DNA of 64,000 nt, taken from NCBI GenBank assembly GCA_012862495.1, contig BLSG01000385.1:11574-75573 (forward strand). The letters run 5' to 3'. A model generated the notes under the pieces. It saw only the letters and a list, made by a program, of their open reading frames with translations, made no database searches and was not told the DNA's origin. The DNA is from Thraustochytrium aureum (Eukaryota). A program made the position numbers and the translations under genes. Shown in pieces: positions 43,582 to 55,008 of this stretch; within the stretch, counting starts at the first letter, position 1; each line of letters starts with the position of its first letter.

Positions 43582-44694
43582 ATGTGGAGGGCCGCCGCGT
43601 CCGCTGCGGTTGCCGCACTCGCCGCCCTCGTCGCGTTCGCGCTGACTGCGGACAAGAGCACGGCGCTGACGTGGCTGCCGCGGCCGTTGGGCCTTGGCGT
43701 CTACTTGGCTCGCGGTGGCGACATGCCTCCGTTCCTCAACATGGACGTGATGCGGAATGAAACAGAGTTTCGAAAGTGGGCGCATCCCGGGGACGTCATT
43801 GTCAGCGCGTGTGGCAAGTGCGGCAACACCTGGTTGATGAACATTGTGCACCAGATTCGGGCCCGAAGCGACGCAGAGTGGGCCGAGGAGTTTGGCGATA
43901 TAATGGACGTTGCGCCGTGGCCTCTCCTCCGCACGAGCCCCGGCTCGCCCCCAGACGAGTACTGGGCAGCGATGGACCCGCTGGCGAAGCAGTGGTGGAG
44001 TCGCGCCGGCTCGTATCGCGTTTTCAAGGCGCAAAACCTGCCGAGTGACACCGAGATAGAGGCCTACAGAACGATCCCCGGGCTTGCCGTGCTGCCCATC
44101 AAAGCCGACCTCAAGTACGTGGTTGGCGTGCGAGACCCTCTGGAGCAAGTCGAGTCGGCGCTTCACTTTATCAGGAATCTCAACCCAGAACATGTGAAGC
44201 GCTACGGCATTGTGGACATTGAGGCTTTCGCTGGCCTTTTCGGAATGAAGCCCGTGGAACTGCTGCTCCGATCGCCGGGGGTCACGTCTGCGCAGTTTTT
44301 GCATGGGTGGGCCCGCCACCTGTGCGACCCGAACGTATTCCTGGTCCACTACACAGACCTCAAGAAGGATACTGCGCGGACGCTGCGAGAGCTCGCCGGG
44401 TTTCTAGGCGAGCAACCGACAAGCGACGAGTGGGTCGACATTGAACGCCGTGTCGGATTCAAGTGGATGAAAGAGAATGGGGACAAGTTCCTGTACCGCA
44501 TCCCGGGGCAAGAACCGCTCACGAAAGAGCTGGTCCGTTCGGGGACGGCCGGCGGAAAGCAGGTATTGCTCGGAGACGACGGGTCGGAGCGCGTCTTGGA
44601 TTTTCTAGCTAAGGCTGTTCCCGCAGACATTCTTGCGTTCGCTAGGGAAGGCGGCGACGTCAGTGCGCTCAAGGCGGCTCACTGTGGCGGCTGA
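43582..44694 (+). CDS. Sulfotransferase (Sulfotransfer_1 fold) with N-terminal signal/anchor
   Basis: PGDVIVSACGKCGNTW (5'-PSB loop), KYVVGVRDPLEQVES (3'-PB), FLVHYTDLKKD, FKWMKEN, LVRSGTAG. Confidence 0.88.
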   Translation: MWRAAASAAVAALAALVAFALTADKSTALTWLPRPLGLGVYLARGGDMPPFLNMDVMRNETEFRKWAHPGDVIVSACGKCGNTWLMNIVHQIRARSDAEWAEEFGDIMDVAPWPLLRTSPGSPPDEYWAAMDPLAKQWWSRAGSYRVFKAQNLPSDTEIEAYRTIPGLAVLPIKADLKYVVGVRDPLEQVESALHFIRNLNPEHVKRYGIVDIEAFAGLFGMKPVELLLRSPGVTSAQFLHGWARHLCDPNVFLVHYTDLKKDTARTLRELAGFLGEQPTSDEWVDIERRVGFKWMKENGDKFLYRIPGQEPLTKELVRSGTAGGKQVLLGDDGSERVLDFLAKAVPADILAFAREGGDVSALKAAHCGG

Positions 44695-44979
44695 GCCCAC
44701 GCTGCAGATTTGAGGTTGAGATTACCAAATCTGGCGAGCTCTACAGCTTTTTCAATCAATTGATACAGATACTACATCATCACCTTGCAAAGTCGACATG
44801 TCCTTGCGAGGGAGGGAAACCCCACGACGCGTTTGGGGGCTGCAGACGCGGCCGCACCTCGCCTCGCCTGCGACGCCGTTCGACTTTTGAGCGCGAGAAT
44901 GTGACGAAGGGCTGTCTTTCGCACCGCCGCCAAGGCCAGACCCTCTTCACCCGTACGCAACGCACGGCCACCCACCAGG

Positions 44980-47900
44980 TCAAAACCCTGGCTCCGGCTC
45001 AAACACGGTCACACGGGACGGCTCCACTCTGCCCTCCACGACACGGGTGACCAAGAGCTCCAGCGTCAGGCGGCCCTCCTGCGCGCTGAGGAACGTCGCT
45101 CTGCGCCGAGCCCCACCCACGACCACGTCAACGAGAATCCCCGCGGGCAGCCAGCAGGCACGCGTGGCTGCGTCAACCAGAGGCGCACGGAGAATGCGCG
45201 CGCTGATGTTGTCCACCAGCCGCCCGTCCGAGTAAACGACCTGATAGGTTCCCTGGGGAAGCTGGGCCGCGACTTTCACCGGATACCAGTGAGACTCGTA
45301 GCAGATCTCCGCGGGAGCTCCAACGCGGACTGCCGGCATTTCCAGCAGAAACTCTCGCTGCAGCTCATCCTGTCTTCGCCGCTTTTGCGGCATACTTCGC
45401 TGGGGGGCTTTTCCACTCACCGCAGCCTTGGGCTTCGCCCCTGCGAGCGACCGCTTGCTTGGCCTCGGCGACGGCGACGGCTTGCGATTGAAGAGGGCGC
45501 TTGCACAAGGCAACTCCTCATGCTTCACGCTGTCCTGCTCTTGCGCCGCCAGTGGCTGCTGCAGTTTCGCTTCTTGGCGGGACTGCTCCTCGTGCACCAC
45601 TTGCCAGCCCTCGCGCGACAATACAAAAGCCGGATACCGCGTAGTTAACGGGACAACGACAACGAACAGTGCCCCGTCCTCGGAGTGGAGGCCATGGATC
45701 AAGCCAGCTGGCTCACCCCAGGCTGCCAGGTCGCATTCTCCATTGCCAACGCCGACCAGCTTGGGCGGCACGATGGCGTGGACTGGCCCGGCCCTGTCGC
45801 TCGCGGCTCGAACTAAGCACCGCAAGCTATTTGCGCAAAGCAATCCAGGGAACGCGCCGCGCGCGAGGCAGTTGGTGCACTTGCCACAATCGACCAACTC
45901 CGCCTCGGTTACTCTCGGCGATGGATTGTTCTTTCTCTTGCCCTTGCGCGAGCCTTGACCGTTCAGGCTTGCGCGAGCCTTGGCCGCAGAAGACCGCTGA
46001 GCCCGGCTCGGCGTGCCTCGCCCTGAGCTCTGCCTTTCCTGCACAGCGACGTCGGATTCCGGAGCATCTTGCTCGAGCTCGCACATCTTTTCGTACTTCT
46101 CCAACGCCTGCTTTCTGAACCGGAATGCCGCGCAAGCGACTCGGTGAACACGCGACGCGAGGCCGTCGCCGAGCAGCCTGTCCGTGGTATCGAGCGCGCC
46201 ACAGCTCCGAATGAGCTCCGCCAAGTCTCGCTCCAGCTCGCTGGCTCGGCTGTATTTTGCCATAAATGCCTTCTTCCGCAGCTCAACCAACCCGCTAACA
46301 AAGTCCTGGGTTCTGTCTTTGATCGCCGCACTTGTCGCAAAATCCAGCCGCGAAAGGTATCTCGCGCCGGGCACCGAGCAGATCCTGTCCAGGACTTTGA
46401 CCAGCTCCAAGTTTACAAGGCGCCGCCCAATCGGTGCGTCTCTCCTATCGTGCGCGGGGCACGTCCAAATACCCTCGGGCACGTGCTTGACACCGAGGCA
46501 TTCGAGATGGTAGACGAGAGGGCAACCCTGCACGTCGCAGACAACAACCTCGCCGCCTTCCATACAAACGTAGCAAGTCTCATCGTCAGCCATGTAGTGT
46601 AGCCCGGCAGCCCCACTCTCGGTCGCGCCATTGCGCGCTTCGCTACTGTCCGCAGAGAGGTTGTCAGGCGTCGGAAAAGGAGCGCCGGCTGCACCCGCAG
46701 AAGCGCCCCCCATAGAAGCGAGGGCAAGTGCGCGCTCAGGTTCACCGAGCTTCGAAAGCATCGTGAGGGGGAGCGGCGTCACAGTTCTGTGGAGTTCGCA
46801 ACATCCCCAGTTGCCATCCAGCGCAAACATGGAGCAGGACTCAATTCGACAGGGTCGCGTCGAGCTGCGCCTGCGCCCAGCAACGAACAGCGGTTGGTCT
46901 CCTCCGCGCGTTGGTTTGGACGCAGCGAGCGGGCCAAGCGTCAGAACGCAATACGGCTCGCCTCCGCCGGCAAAGTATTCGACCATGTATACCTGCTTTT
47001 CAAGGGTTCGCTCTCCGCTGCCACACATCTCAGGGTCGCCAGACCACACCAAGCCAGTGCCAAGACTTTCCTCGAGCGCGCTCTGGGCCTTTGGAGTCAG
47101 TTGACTTGCGGTTTGACCGTCGGCAACCCAAGCGCGGATTGCTTCCCGCGCATCTGAGCGCTCATGCGCTTCCTTCTTCAGCACAAACGCGTGCCTCAGA
47201 GCGTCGTAGTACACAATGTTGCCAGGGACAGCTTTCCACGTATTGGGCGGCGCCTTCGACTTGTCGCGCAACAGGGCAGCGCAGGCCTCAAACGTGAGAC
47301 TGCGGTAAAGCGGCGCCAGCGCCTGCTCGAAGCAGACAAGGAGGTGAAGTAGCTGGTCGAGACCAACACGACGCGAGCGCAGCGCGCGCACCCAACTAAG
47401 CCTCTCGCCTAGCCAAACCTCAAGAAACTGGGCTTTCAGTTGAGGCTCGACCCTCTGCCCGTGGCTCAGGTGAGGAGGAGGTCGAGCAGCAAGGTCGTCC
47501 TCCATTTCGCCACCTTGGTCGCTCCCTGAGGGCTCCCTTGGGCCCTGCGCGGCAGGCCCAGGCTCCTCGCCGAGCGCCTCCATGAGCGATACTTCGAGCT
47601 CGAGGAGAGCCTTAGAAAGTCTCGCGGCATCGCTTGCGGTGCGCTCGGGCGAGTCGAGGCCAAACGTACGGATGAGATGCAGCACGGCTCGCCTTGGTTT
47701 CCCCAGACGGTATTTTTGGGAAGTGAACGGAGCCAGGTTGCCTTCGACCCGCGAGAAGGTCAAGCGCACGGCCTCTGCTGTGCTGTATTTCTCACACTCC
47801 GAAAGCCCCGAGACCTTGCGGAGCAACGGGCAGGCCACTTGTTGCCCCTCCTCGTCAGCAGTCGAGTTGGGGCTACAGCTAACCGGGGCAAGGTCGCCCA

Positions 47901-50370
47901 GCTGCTGGCCGCCTCTGGCGCGCGCCGCGCTTTGGGCGACTCTCTGCAGCGCCAGGCTGAGCCCCATCCCTTCGAGTGTCGCCAAGAGCTGCGCGGAAGC
48001 CACATCTGTGCCGACGAGGTCGAGCCCGGCCGCGCCCTCGAAAGCGATCCGCCCGAGGGCGATCGCGTCACGGACGACGATGCGAGACCTCCGCCTCACA
48101 TTCTCAACGATCATCGTACCCCCAAAGGCCCATGCGCGGAGAGGCCACAGGTCCATGTCTGGAGGTGCTCGGAGCATTGCGGTGCAGTTCAGCACCGACG
48201 CTTTCGCCAGCCCAATAGCACGAGCCTGGTCTGGGTCTGCTAAAGCGAGGAGGAGCTTGCTCTCGTCCTCCTCGAGCAGTTTCGCAGCTCCCGCTCGCAG
48301 AGCCGCTTCGACGTGGGCCATCCCAGAGCACAAGTAAAGAATGTGCTCCCGTTGGATGCAGGCAAGGGCTGTCGACGTGCCCCACTTGAGCTGCACCGAA
48401 TACATCGGCCTCTGCGAGTCGGTCTTCTCAGTGTAGTCACACCCCAGCACAACGCCAAACCCAAAGGTTGTGCAGACAACACACCCGACACCCAGCGCTA
48501 TGCTTGTCTCGGGTTTGATTGCATAGGTCCCGTCCTTGTCCACCTCGCAGGTTGGGCCCTCAATCTTGCCGTCCACCCCAACGTTAGGAAGAACCCACGC
48601 AAGGACGTCGCAGAGTCTCTTGTTGACGGTAGCGCCAGATTCAAGCGTACAGAGCACTGTCGTCTCGCCGTCATCGCCTGCCGCGACGTCGGCTTTATCA
48701 GATAGCTCAGGGGGCGAAGTCAACTCCACTCCGGCATCGAGTCTCCAACGCCGCGCTCGAGCAGTACGCGACCGCGACGCTCGCGTGCTTGGGAGCTGCG
48801 TTGCGCCGACAGCGCCGACAAAGGCGCAGTCAACTTGGCCGCTTGCCCGTTTCAGGAGGACTCCACGGCCGATGAGCGAATGCCCCTCTGAAGCCACGTT
48901 TGCATAGCTGCCCCCGCCGACGGTGCCGCGGGACACGATAGCGCGGCGTAGTTTTCGGAGCCCCCTGACCCGAGCCAGCTGGCTCTCGAGTTGGGTTTCT
49001 CGCAGAGCGTAGTTTTCTTCGCGCTGTGCCTTTGTAGAGTGAGCAAAGTCGTCGAGCGCTCGACTTGCGAGCGAAGCTTCTTGCAGTCTCGCGTCCAGGA
49101 AGCCGCGCAAAGCGTCGGTCTCAATGAATTGGTCGCACAAGTACGCGAGCAGCTCACAGCGGTGCTCGAGCGAGACTCGACCATATCCGCTGCGGCGGAG
49201 GATCGCGACCGCTTCAACGAGGACCAGATTTGCCTCCTCGGTGGACCCTGGGCATTCGGCCTCCATCCCGAGGGCGCACTCGCCAGCCGCTCCAGGCGCG
49301 CCAGTCTCGCTGAATAGCCCGTCAGTATTCGGGCCTGAATGGCTGGGATTGCCAAAGCGCTCGGTGCCGTTGCTGCTTGGTTTGGATTCCTGCTCCAGGT
49401 TCTGCTCGAGTACAGACAGCGAGCGTCGAGCACGCTTTCGAGATGCAATCGGCGCCGGACAAGCGGCGGCTCCGCGCTTCAGAGCGCTCCCATCCTGCTC
49501 GCCCCCCAGGGTCGAACACTCCGCTTGCGTGTTTGCGAGTGTAAGCCCATTCGCTGGCGCATTGACTGGCTTCTCAGGTAAGGTGCCGCGCGCTCGGCGC
49601 GCTGCGTTTGACTTTACAAACCCCACGGTCTGCGCAAAAGTCTTGAGCACCTCCTTGGCCCCTCGCGCAGCGGCGGATTCTGGGTCAAGCACAGCGAAGC
49701 AGTTGTCCCAAACCGTCAGTAAGTCTCTCTCGACATCGTCGAAGGACGAGTATGCAGCGGACTCGAGGCCTTGCCAGGTCGCCCCAAGATCCATCGGCGG
49801 GCCCAGGACAACGCCAAGTTGTTCTTCGCTCACGCTCGACGACAAGTGGAGAGGTTTAGACAAGGCCCTGGCGCCCGGGTGCTCCATCATAGTCGCGACG
49901 AGCGCCCGAGCCTCCCACAGCCAGTCCTCGGCAAGGTCCTCTGGAACGTCTGAAACATGGGGTTTATTGCTCGACTCGACTGCCACGGCAAGTTGAGACA
50001 TGAACGCGTCGCCTCCGCGTATTGTGACACAGTCTCTCAGCATGGCCTCCCAGGTCCCGGCGTGAATCTCCTCGACAGCGAGTCGGACCCCGCCTGTCGC
50101 CAACGTTCTGCGGAAGCTGTCTCCCCACGCCCCGCTCTTACTATCAGCGGCCAGCTGTCGAAGCAAACGCACGTGGATTTCAATGAGCCTCGGCGAGGGC
50201 TCGGGGCGCACGACGGCAGCTTCGATATCCTCAAGCCGCATCGGCGCAAGGCCGACCAGGTCCGCAAACTGCGTCAGCGTCTTCCAAACGACCGCGAGCC
50301 GAGCAACAACCCCCGCCTCCACCACCTCCTCTGTTTCCCCTACTGCCCCCAGCCTCGCTTTGCCTTCCAT
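44980..50370 (-). CDS. BAZ/ACF1-like chromatin reader (DDT, bromodomain, WHIM1, PHD, second bromo-like, Tudor-like); may extend into gap
   Basis: DDT VWKTLTQFADLVGL...LIEIHVRLL; bromo PPMDLG...YSSFDDVERDLLTVWDNC; WHIM1 GYGRVSLEHRCELLAYLCD; PHD CYVCMEGGEVVVCDVQGCPLVYHLECLG...WTCPAH; C-terminal HWYPVKV...YQVVYSDG. Confidence 0.85.
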   Translation of the reverse strand: MEGKARLGAVGETEEVVEAGVVARLAVVWKTLTQFADLVGLAPMRLEDIEAAVVRPEPSPRLIEIHVRLLRQLAADSKSGAWGDSFRRTLATGGVRLAVEEIHAGTWEAMLRDCVTIRGGDAFMSQLAVAVESSNKPHVSDVPEDLAEDWLWEARALVATMMEHPGARALSKPLHLSSSVSEEQLGVVLGPPMDLGATWQGLESAAYSSFDDVERDLLTVWDNCFAVLDPESAAARGAKEVLKTFAQTVGFVKSNAARRARGTLPEKPVNAPANGLTLANTQAECSTLGGEQDGSALKRGAAACPAPIASRKRARRSLSVLEQNLEQESKPSSNGTERFGNPSHSGPNTDGLFSETGAPGAAGECALGMEAECPGSTEEANLVLVEAVAILRRSGYGRVSLEHRCELLAYLCDQFIETDALRGFLDARLQEASLASRALDDFAHSTKAQREENYALRETQLESQLARVRGLRKLRRAIVSRGTVGGGSYANVASEGHSLIGRGVLLKRASGQVDCAFVGAVGATQLPSTRASRSRTARARRWRLDAGVELTSPPELSDKADVAAGDDGETTVLCTLESGATVNKRLCDVLAWVLPNVGVDGKIEGPTCEVDKDGTYAIKPETSIALGVGCVVCTTFGFGVVLGCDYTEKTDSQRPMYSVQLKWGTSTALACIQREHILYLCSGMAHVEAALRAGAAKLLEEDESKLLLALADPDQARAIGLAKASVLNCTAMLRAPPDMDLWPLRAWAFGGTMIVENVRRRSRIVVRDAIALGRIAFEGAAGLDLVGTDVASAQLLATLEGMGLSLALQRVAQSAARARGGQQLGDLAPVSCSPNSTADEEGQQVACPLLRKVSGLSECEKYSTAEAVRLTFSRVEGNLAPFTSQKYRLGKPRRAVLHLIRTFGLDSPERTASDAARLSKALLELEVSLMEALGEEPGPAAQGPREPSGSDQGGEMEDDLAARPPPHLSHGQRVEPQLKAQFLEVWLGERLSWVRALRSRRVGLDQLLHLLVCFEQALAPLYRSLTFEACAALLRDKSKAPPNTWKAVPGNIVYYDALRHAFVLKKEAHERSDAREAIRAWVADGQTASQLTPKAQSALEESLGTGLVWSGDPEMCGSGERTLEKQVYMVEYFAGGGEPYCVLTLGPLAASKPTRGGDQPLFVAGRRRSSTRPCRIESCSMFALDGNWGCCELHRTVTPLPLTMLSKLGEPERALALASMGGASAGAAGAPFPTPDNLSADSSEARNGATESGAAGLHYMADDETCYVCMEGGEVVVCDVQGCPLVYHLECLGVKHVPEGIWTCPAHDRRDAPIGRRLVNLELVKVLDRICSVPGARYLSRLDFATSAAIKDRTQDFVSGLVELRKKAFMAKYSRASELERDLAELIRSCGALDTTDRLLGDGLASRVHRVACAAFRFRKQALEKYEKMCELEQDAPESDVAVQERQSSGRGTPSRAQRSSAAKARASLNGQGSRKGKRKNNPSPRVTEAELVDCGKCTNCLARGAFPGLLCANSLRCLVRAASDRAGPVHAIVPPKLVGVGNGECDLAAWGEPAGLIHGLHSEDGALFVVVVPLTTRYPAFVLSREGWQVVHEEQSRQEAKLQQPLAAQEQDSVKHEELPCASALFNRKPSPSPRPSKRSLAGAKPKAAVSGKAPQRSMPQKRRRQDELQREFLLEMPAVRVGAPAEICYESHWYPVKVAAQLPQGTYQVVYSDGRLVDNISARILRAPLVDAATRACWLPAGILVDVVVGGARRRATFLSAQEGRLTLELLVTRVVEGRVEPSRVTVFEPEPGF

Positions 50371-51132
50371 CGCGCGCCANNNNNNNNNNNNNNNNNNNNN
50401 NNNNNNNNNNNNNNNNNNNNNNNNNNNNNNNNNNNNNNNNNNNNNNNNNNNNNNNNNNNNNNNNNNNNNNNNNNNNNNNNNNNNNNNNNNNNNNNNNNNN
50501 NNNNNNNNNNNNNNNNNNNNNNNNNNNNNNNNNNNNNNNNNNNNNNNNNNNNNNNNNNNNNNNNNNNNNNNNNNNNNNNNNNNNNNNNNNNNNNNNNNNN
50601 NNNNNNNNNNNNNNNNNNNNNNNNNNNNNNNNNNNNNNNNNNNNNNNNNNNNNNNNNNNNNNNNNNNNNNNNNNNNNNNNNNNNNNNNNNNNNNNNNNNN
50701 NNNNNNNNNNNNNNNNNNNNNNNNNNNNNNNNNNNNNNNNNNNNNNNNNNNNNNNNNNNNNNNNNNNNNNNNNNNNNNNNNNNNNNNNNNNNNNNNNNNN
50801 NNNNNNNNNNNNNNNNNNNNNNNNNNNNNNNNNNNNNNNNNNNNNNNNNNNNNNNNNNNNNNNNNNNNNNNNNNNNNNNNNNNNNNNNNNNNNNNNNNNN
50901 NNNNNNNNNNNNNNNNNNNNNNNNNNNNNNNNNNNNNNNNNNNNNNNNNNNNNNNNNNNNNNNNNNNNNNNNNNNNNNNNNNNNNNNNNNNNNNNNNNNN
51001 NNNNNNNNNNNNNNNNNNNNNNNNNNNNNNNNNNNNNNNNNNNNNNNNNNNNNNNNNNNNNNNNNNNNNNNNNNNNNNNNNNNNNNNNNNNNNNNNNNNN
51101 NNNNNNNNNNNNNNNNNNNNNNNNNNNNNNNC

Positions 51133-53371
51133 GGGCAGCTCGCGCGGGACGGCGCTGGGCCCCGCTCTGGCGCCGCCGCTGCTGCTCGTGGCGCAGATGG
51201 CGCGGATGGCGGGTTGAGCGCGGCCGCGCAGCAGAGGCGCGAGCTTCGTAGCAGCGGCGCGAACGCCGAGGGAGGCGCGAACGCCGGTCGCAACGGGTGG
51301 GCCGGGAGCGCCGCTGTAGTAGACGGCCTTTCGCTGAGGATAGACAACGAGCTCATCCTCAAGCCTCTTGTCGTGCCAACCTCGAAAGACCCCAGCGCCG
51401 GCGTGGGCGCTGTGAGCGCAGGCGGTGCTGCGACCCTGACAGGGAGTGCACAGGGCGGCGCAAGGTCCGCCCTCCACATGCCAGGTTCGGCTCGGTTGGT
51501 GGACAAGCGGGAGTTGGAGGCCGCGGGGCTGCCGAGTGCCGGGAGCACAGGGGTGCTGGGGCCCTTGGACGTCAAGCCGAGCCCCTCGTGCCCAAATTTT
51601 GGGTCGCTAGAAGCTGCGCACAAGCGCGTGTTCGACTCGGGGCTCACCTTTAGCGAGGCGAAGGGGCAGATTTGGGAGCTGCGCAAGTCTGGCATGCTAA
51701 TGAAGCGCGGGTTTCGCTACCGCAAGCTCTGGGTTCGGCGGTTTGTGGAGGTCGCGGGGCGGATGCTGAAATACTACGAGAAGAAGCCCAAGGACGCAAA
51801 GGCTGCCGCCAACCCGCGCGGCAAGCTCGAGCTTACCAAGTTCACAGCTGTCGTGGCGCTCCCAGACGCAAGCGGGGCGCGGTTCGCTTTCAACGTGATC
51901 CCAGATGCGTACCACCCCAAGCACGCGGCCAAGCTCGAGCAGCGCGCGGGCCTTGGCGGCTCGCCTGTGCAGGGGCTCGGTGGCGGGACCCCGGAGGACG
52001 AACGCGGCGGGTCTGGGCCAGCCGGAGGATCTGCCGGAGGCGGGGACTTCTTGGGCAACTGGTTCAGCCCTGGCGGAGCCGGGCGGCGCGACCTGACGCT
52101 TGCCGAGGTGGAAGCCATTCAAGCCACGATCCCCGAGGACCAGATCTGGAAGTTTATGGCGCGCTCTGAGAAAGAACGGCGCAGCTGGATGCAGACAATC
52201 GAAAAAGCGATCAACCTGATCAGACGCGTCGAGGTGGCCCCGACGCTCTGCGGCGTGGGCTCTGTGCACTATCACTACAACATCGGCGAGAAAATAGGTC
52301 GCGGCCGATTCGGCGACGTGTTTGCGGCGGTGGCTTCGATGACGGAGCAGCAGTACGCCATCAAGGTTGTGGACAAGCAGAAGCGCGTGCGTACCAAGGA
52401 GGACGCGCAGCTCTTGCGGAACGAGATTCGCGTTTTGCGGCGCGTGACGCGCGAGCTGGATCACGCCAACATCTGCAAGCTGTTCCAGGCGTACGAGGAC
52501 GCGGCGACCGTCTACTTGGTCATGGAGAAGCTCAGCGGCGGCAACTTGTACGAGTACGTGGCAGAGAGCGTCGAGGTGTACAGCGAAGGCACCGTGGCTT
52601 GCATTGTGCGTCAGGTGGCCTGCGCCCTCCGTGAGTTGCACGGCGCCGGGATCGTCCTTTGCGACCTGCGACCGGACAACCTTCTGTTCACCAGCCCGGG
52701 CTCGGGCGTCGTCAAGGTGGTCGAGTTCGGCCGCGCCATCATCAAATCAGGCCCCGGCGCGGCGCACTTCAAGCCGCGGGCACTCGCCGGCCAAGGCTCT
52801 GACGCCGCGGGCGAGACCGGTGCTGCGGACGCGGACGACGCCGCATTTGATGCGGCAGTCGCAGGTGCGGGAGGCAGCCGGGCAGAAAGGGCAGACTCTG
52901 AGCACGCGCGGCGACTCGCCCGGGCAGCTGGGCCGGCCACGTTCACGCCAGGCGTCACATCGGCTGCGCGCGCCGGCTCGCGCCGGCTGCCGCTTGTTGG
53001 TCAGCCCGGTTTCATCGCGCCGGAGGTGATTGCGGCTCGGGAATACACCACGGCCTGCGACATGTGGGCGCTTGGTTGTATCATGTTCACGATGCTCGTC
53101 GGGTACAAGCCGTTCTCGGGCGGAACGCAAAGCGAGGTTTTCCAGGCCACAGCACTGGGTCTCCAGGCTGACAATCTCAACCCTGAGCACTGGCGCGGGA
53201 TTTCGAAAGCTGCGCGCCAAGTCGTCGGTGCCATGCTCCGCACTGACCCGAATAAGCGTGTCTGCGCCGCGGACGTTTTGCAGCAGAGCTGGGTGCTCGA
53301 CCCGCCAGCTGTTGAGCTGCCGGAGACGCACGAGCGCATCCAGAACCTTGAACAAGTGCGTCGGAGAGGAG
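51133..53371 (+). CDS. PH domain plus CaMK-like kinase domain with degenerate catalytic motifs; both ends in gaps
   Basis: PH KSGMLMKRGFRYRKLWVRRFV...ERRSWMQTI; kinase IGRGRFGDV, YAIK, CDLRPDN, EFG, GFIAPE, DMWALG. Confidence 0.9.
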
Positions 53372-53842
53372 NNNNNNNNNNNNNNNNNNNNNNNNNNNNN
53401 NNNNNNNNNNNNNNNNNNNNNNNNNNNNNNNNNNNNNNNNNNNNNNNNNNNNNNNNNNNNNNNNNNNNNNNNNNNNNNNNNNNNNNNNNNNNNNNNNNNN
53501 NNNNNNNNNNNNNNNNNNNNNNNNNNNNNNNNNNNNNNNNNNNNNNNNNNNNNNNNNNNNNNNNNNNNNNNNNNNNNNNNNNNNNNNNNNNNNNNNNNNN
53601 NNNNNNNNNNNNNNNNNNNNNNNNNNNNNNNNNNNNNNNNNNNNNNNNNNNNNNNNNNNNNNNNNNNNNNNNNNNNNNNNNNNNNNNNNNNNNNNNNNNN
53701 NNNNNNNNNNNNNNNNNNNNNNNNNNNNNNNNNNNNNNNNNNNNNNNNNNNNNNNNNNNNNNNNNNNNNNNNNNNNNNNNNNNNNNNAGTGCAAAGGAAC
53801 CTCCGGCGGGGCGCTCAGGCCAAGTCGGCAGGGACGCGAAAA

Positions 53843-54378
53843 TGCAGCAAGTTGCTCTGCTCAGTGGGCGCTTGCCAGGCGGCGGCGGCGGCGGCGGCCG
53901 CGTGTTTGGTGCGCTGGCGCCGAACTGGTCCACCCCCGAATTTGGCTGCGCGAGATGGGGTCACGTCGCCGCCCCGCGCCCCAGGACAGCGGCCGTCCCT
54001 TGCTGCCGGGGANCTGCCTTCGCTGGGCTCGGCCAAGGGTTGCGGCAAAACTCGTCAACTTTCTTTGAGCTGTTGAGCGAGGGCAACGGGGAACTCGACG
54101 CGGACCGCCGCGCCGAGCTGCTGGCGCTTGACGTGCGGGCAGAGAGGATCAGAGCGCAGTTCAGCGACGAGGACTGGGCCCTGCAGCGGTCGCCCCGCGG
54201 TGGCGACGACTACCAGGCCAACTTTGCACCTGCGGGCCGCTTCCTTAACGACCTTGAGAGCCAGATGCGCCTCGTCAGGGAGGACGAGCAGGCCAAGTTG
54301 GAGGCCGCAGCGCGCGAGGGCCTTGCGGGGCCGGGCCGCCATGCGGTGACCGCGCAAGAGGCGGCGAGCTTCGAGTAG
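53843..54378 (+). CDS. Hypothetical protein (possibly organelle-targeted)
   Basis: Open frame after a gap; Arg/Ala-rich N-terminus, acidic helical C-terminus. Confidence 0.4.
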
Positions 54379-55008
54379 CTGCCTGTCTGTTCTGCTGTTC
54401 GTGAACAGAGAAGTGCTCATTTGTGTGTTCTGAGCGGGTCCAGATTTGGACTGTGCTGTGAGGTGAGATTGTCAATTGTTCTGTCCGTTCATCATAAGAG
54501 TTGCAGGGTTGCACACCTGGAAGATCGCCTGCTGCACGAAACTGTGCTGCGCAGGCTGCTGCAGAGGGACACTGCCAGTGCCACATGCCACTGGCAGACC
54601 TACTCTAGCGCTCTAGACCGCTCTTGGCTTGCGGTTTGCCAAGTGCCAGTGCAGGCCGATCGCGTCCGAAGCCGAACCGCCTCTGGAACGCGTGAGAGTG
54701 TACTTCCCTCCAGCCCACCGATTGGCTCGCAGCAGGAAGAGAGCGTAGTAGAGTACTTCCACATCTTGGATCCTCCCTCCCCCTTTCCGGACAGGGTATC
54801 CGAGTCGACCAACCTGTTGACCTTCACAAGTTGACTCGGACTTGGAAACTCTCGTCTTCCACTGGCAGGCGCTTCTTGTCAATGCACAAGGGCTGGCAGA
54901 CCCGAATCATCTGCACCAATTGCGGAGCAAGGTCGAGCAGCAGCAGCAGCAGCAGCAGCACCAGCACCAGCACCAGCAGCAGCTTGAAAGGCAGCAACGG
55001 GCGCGAAG

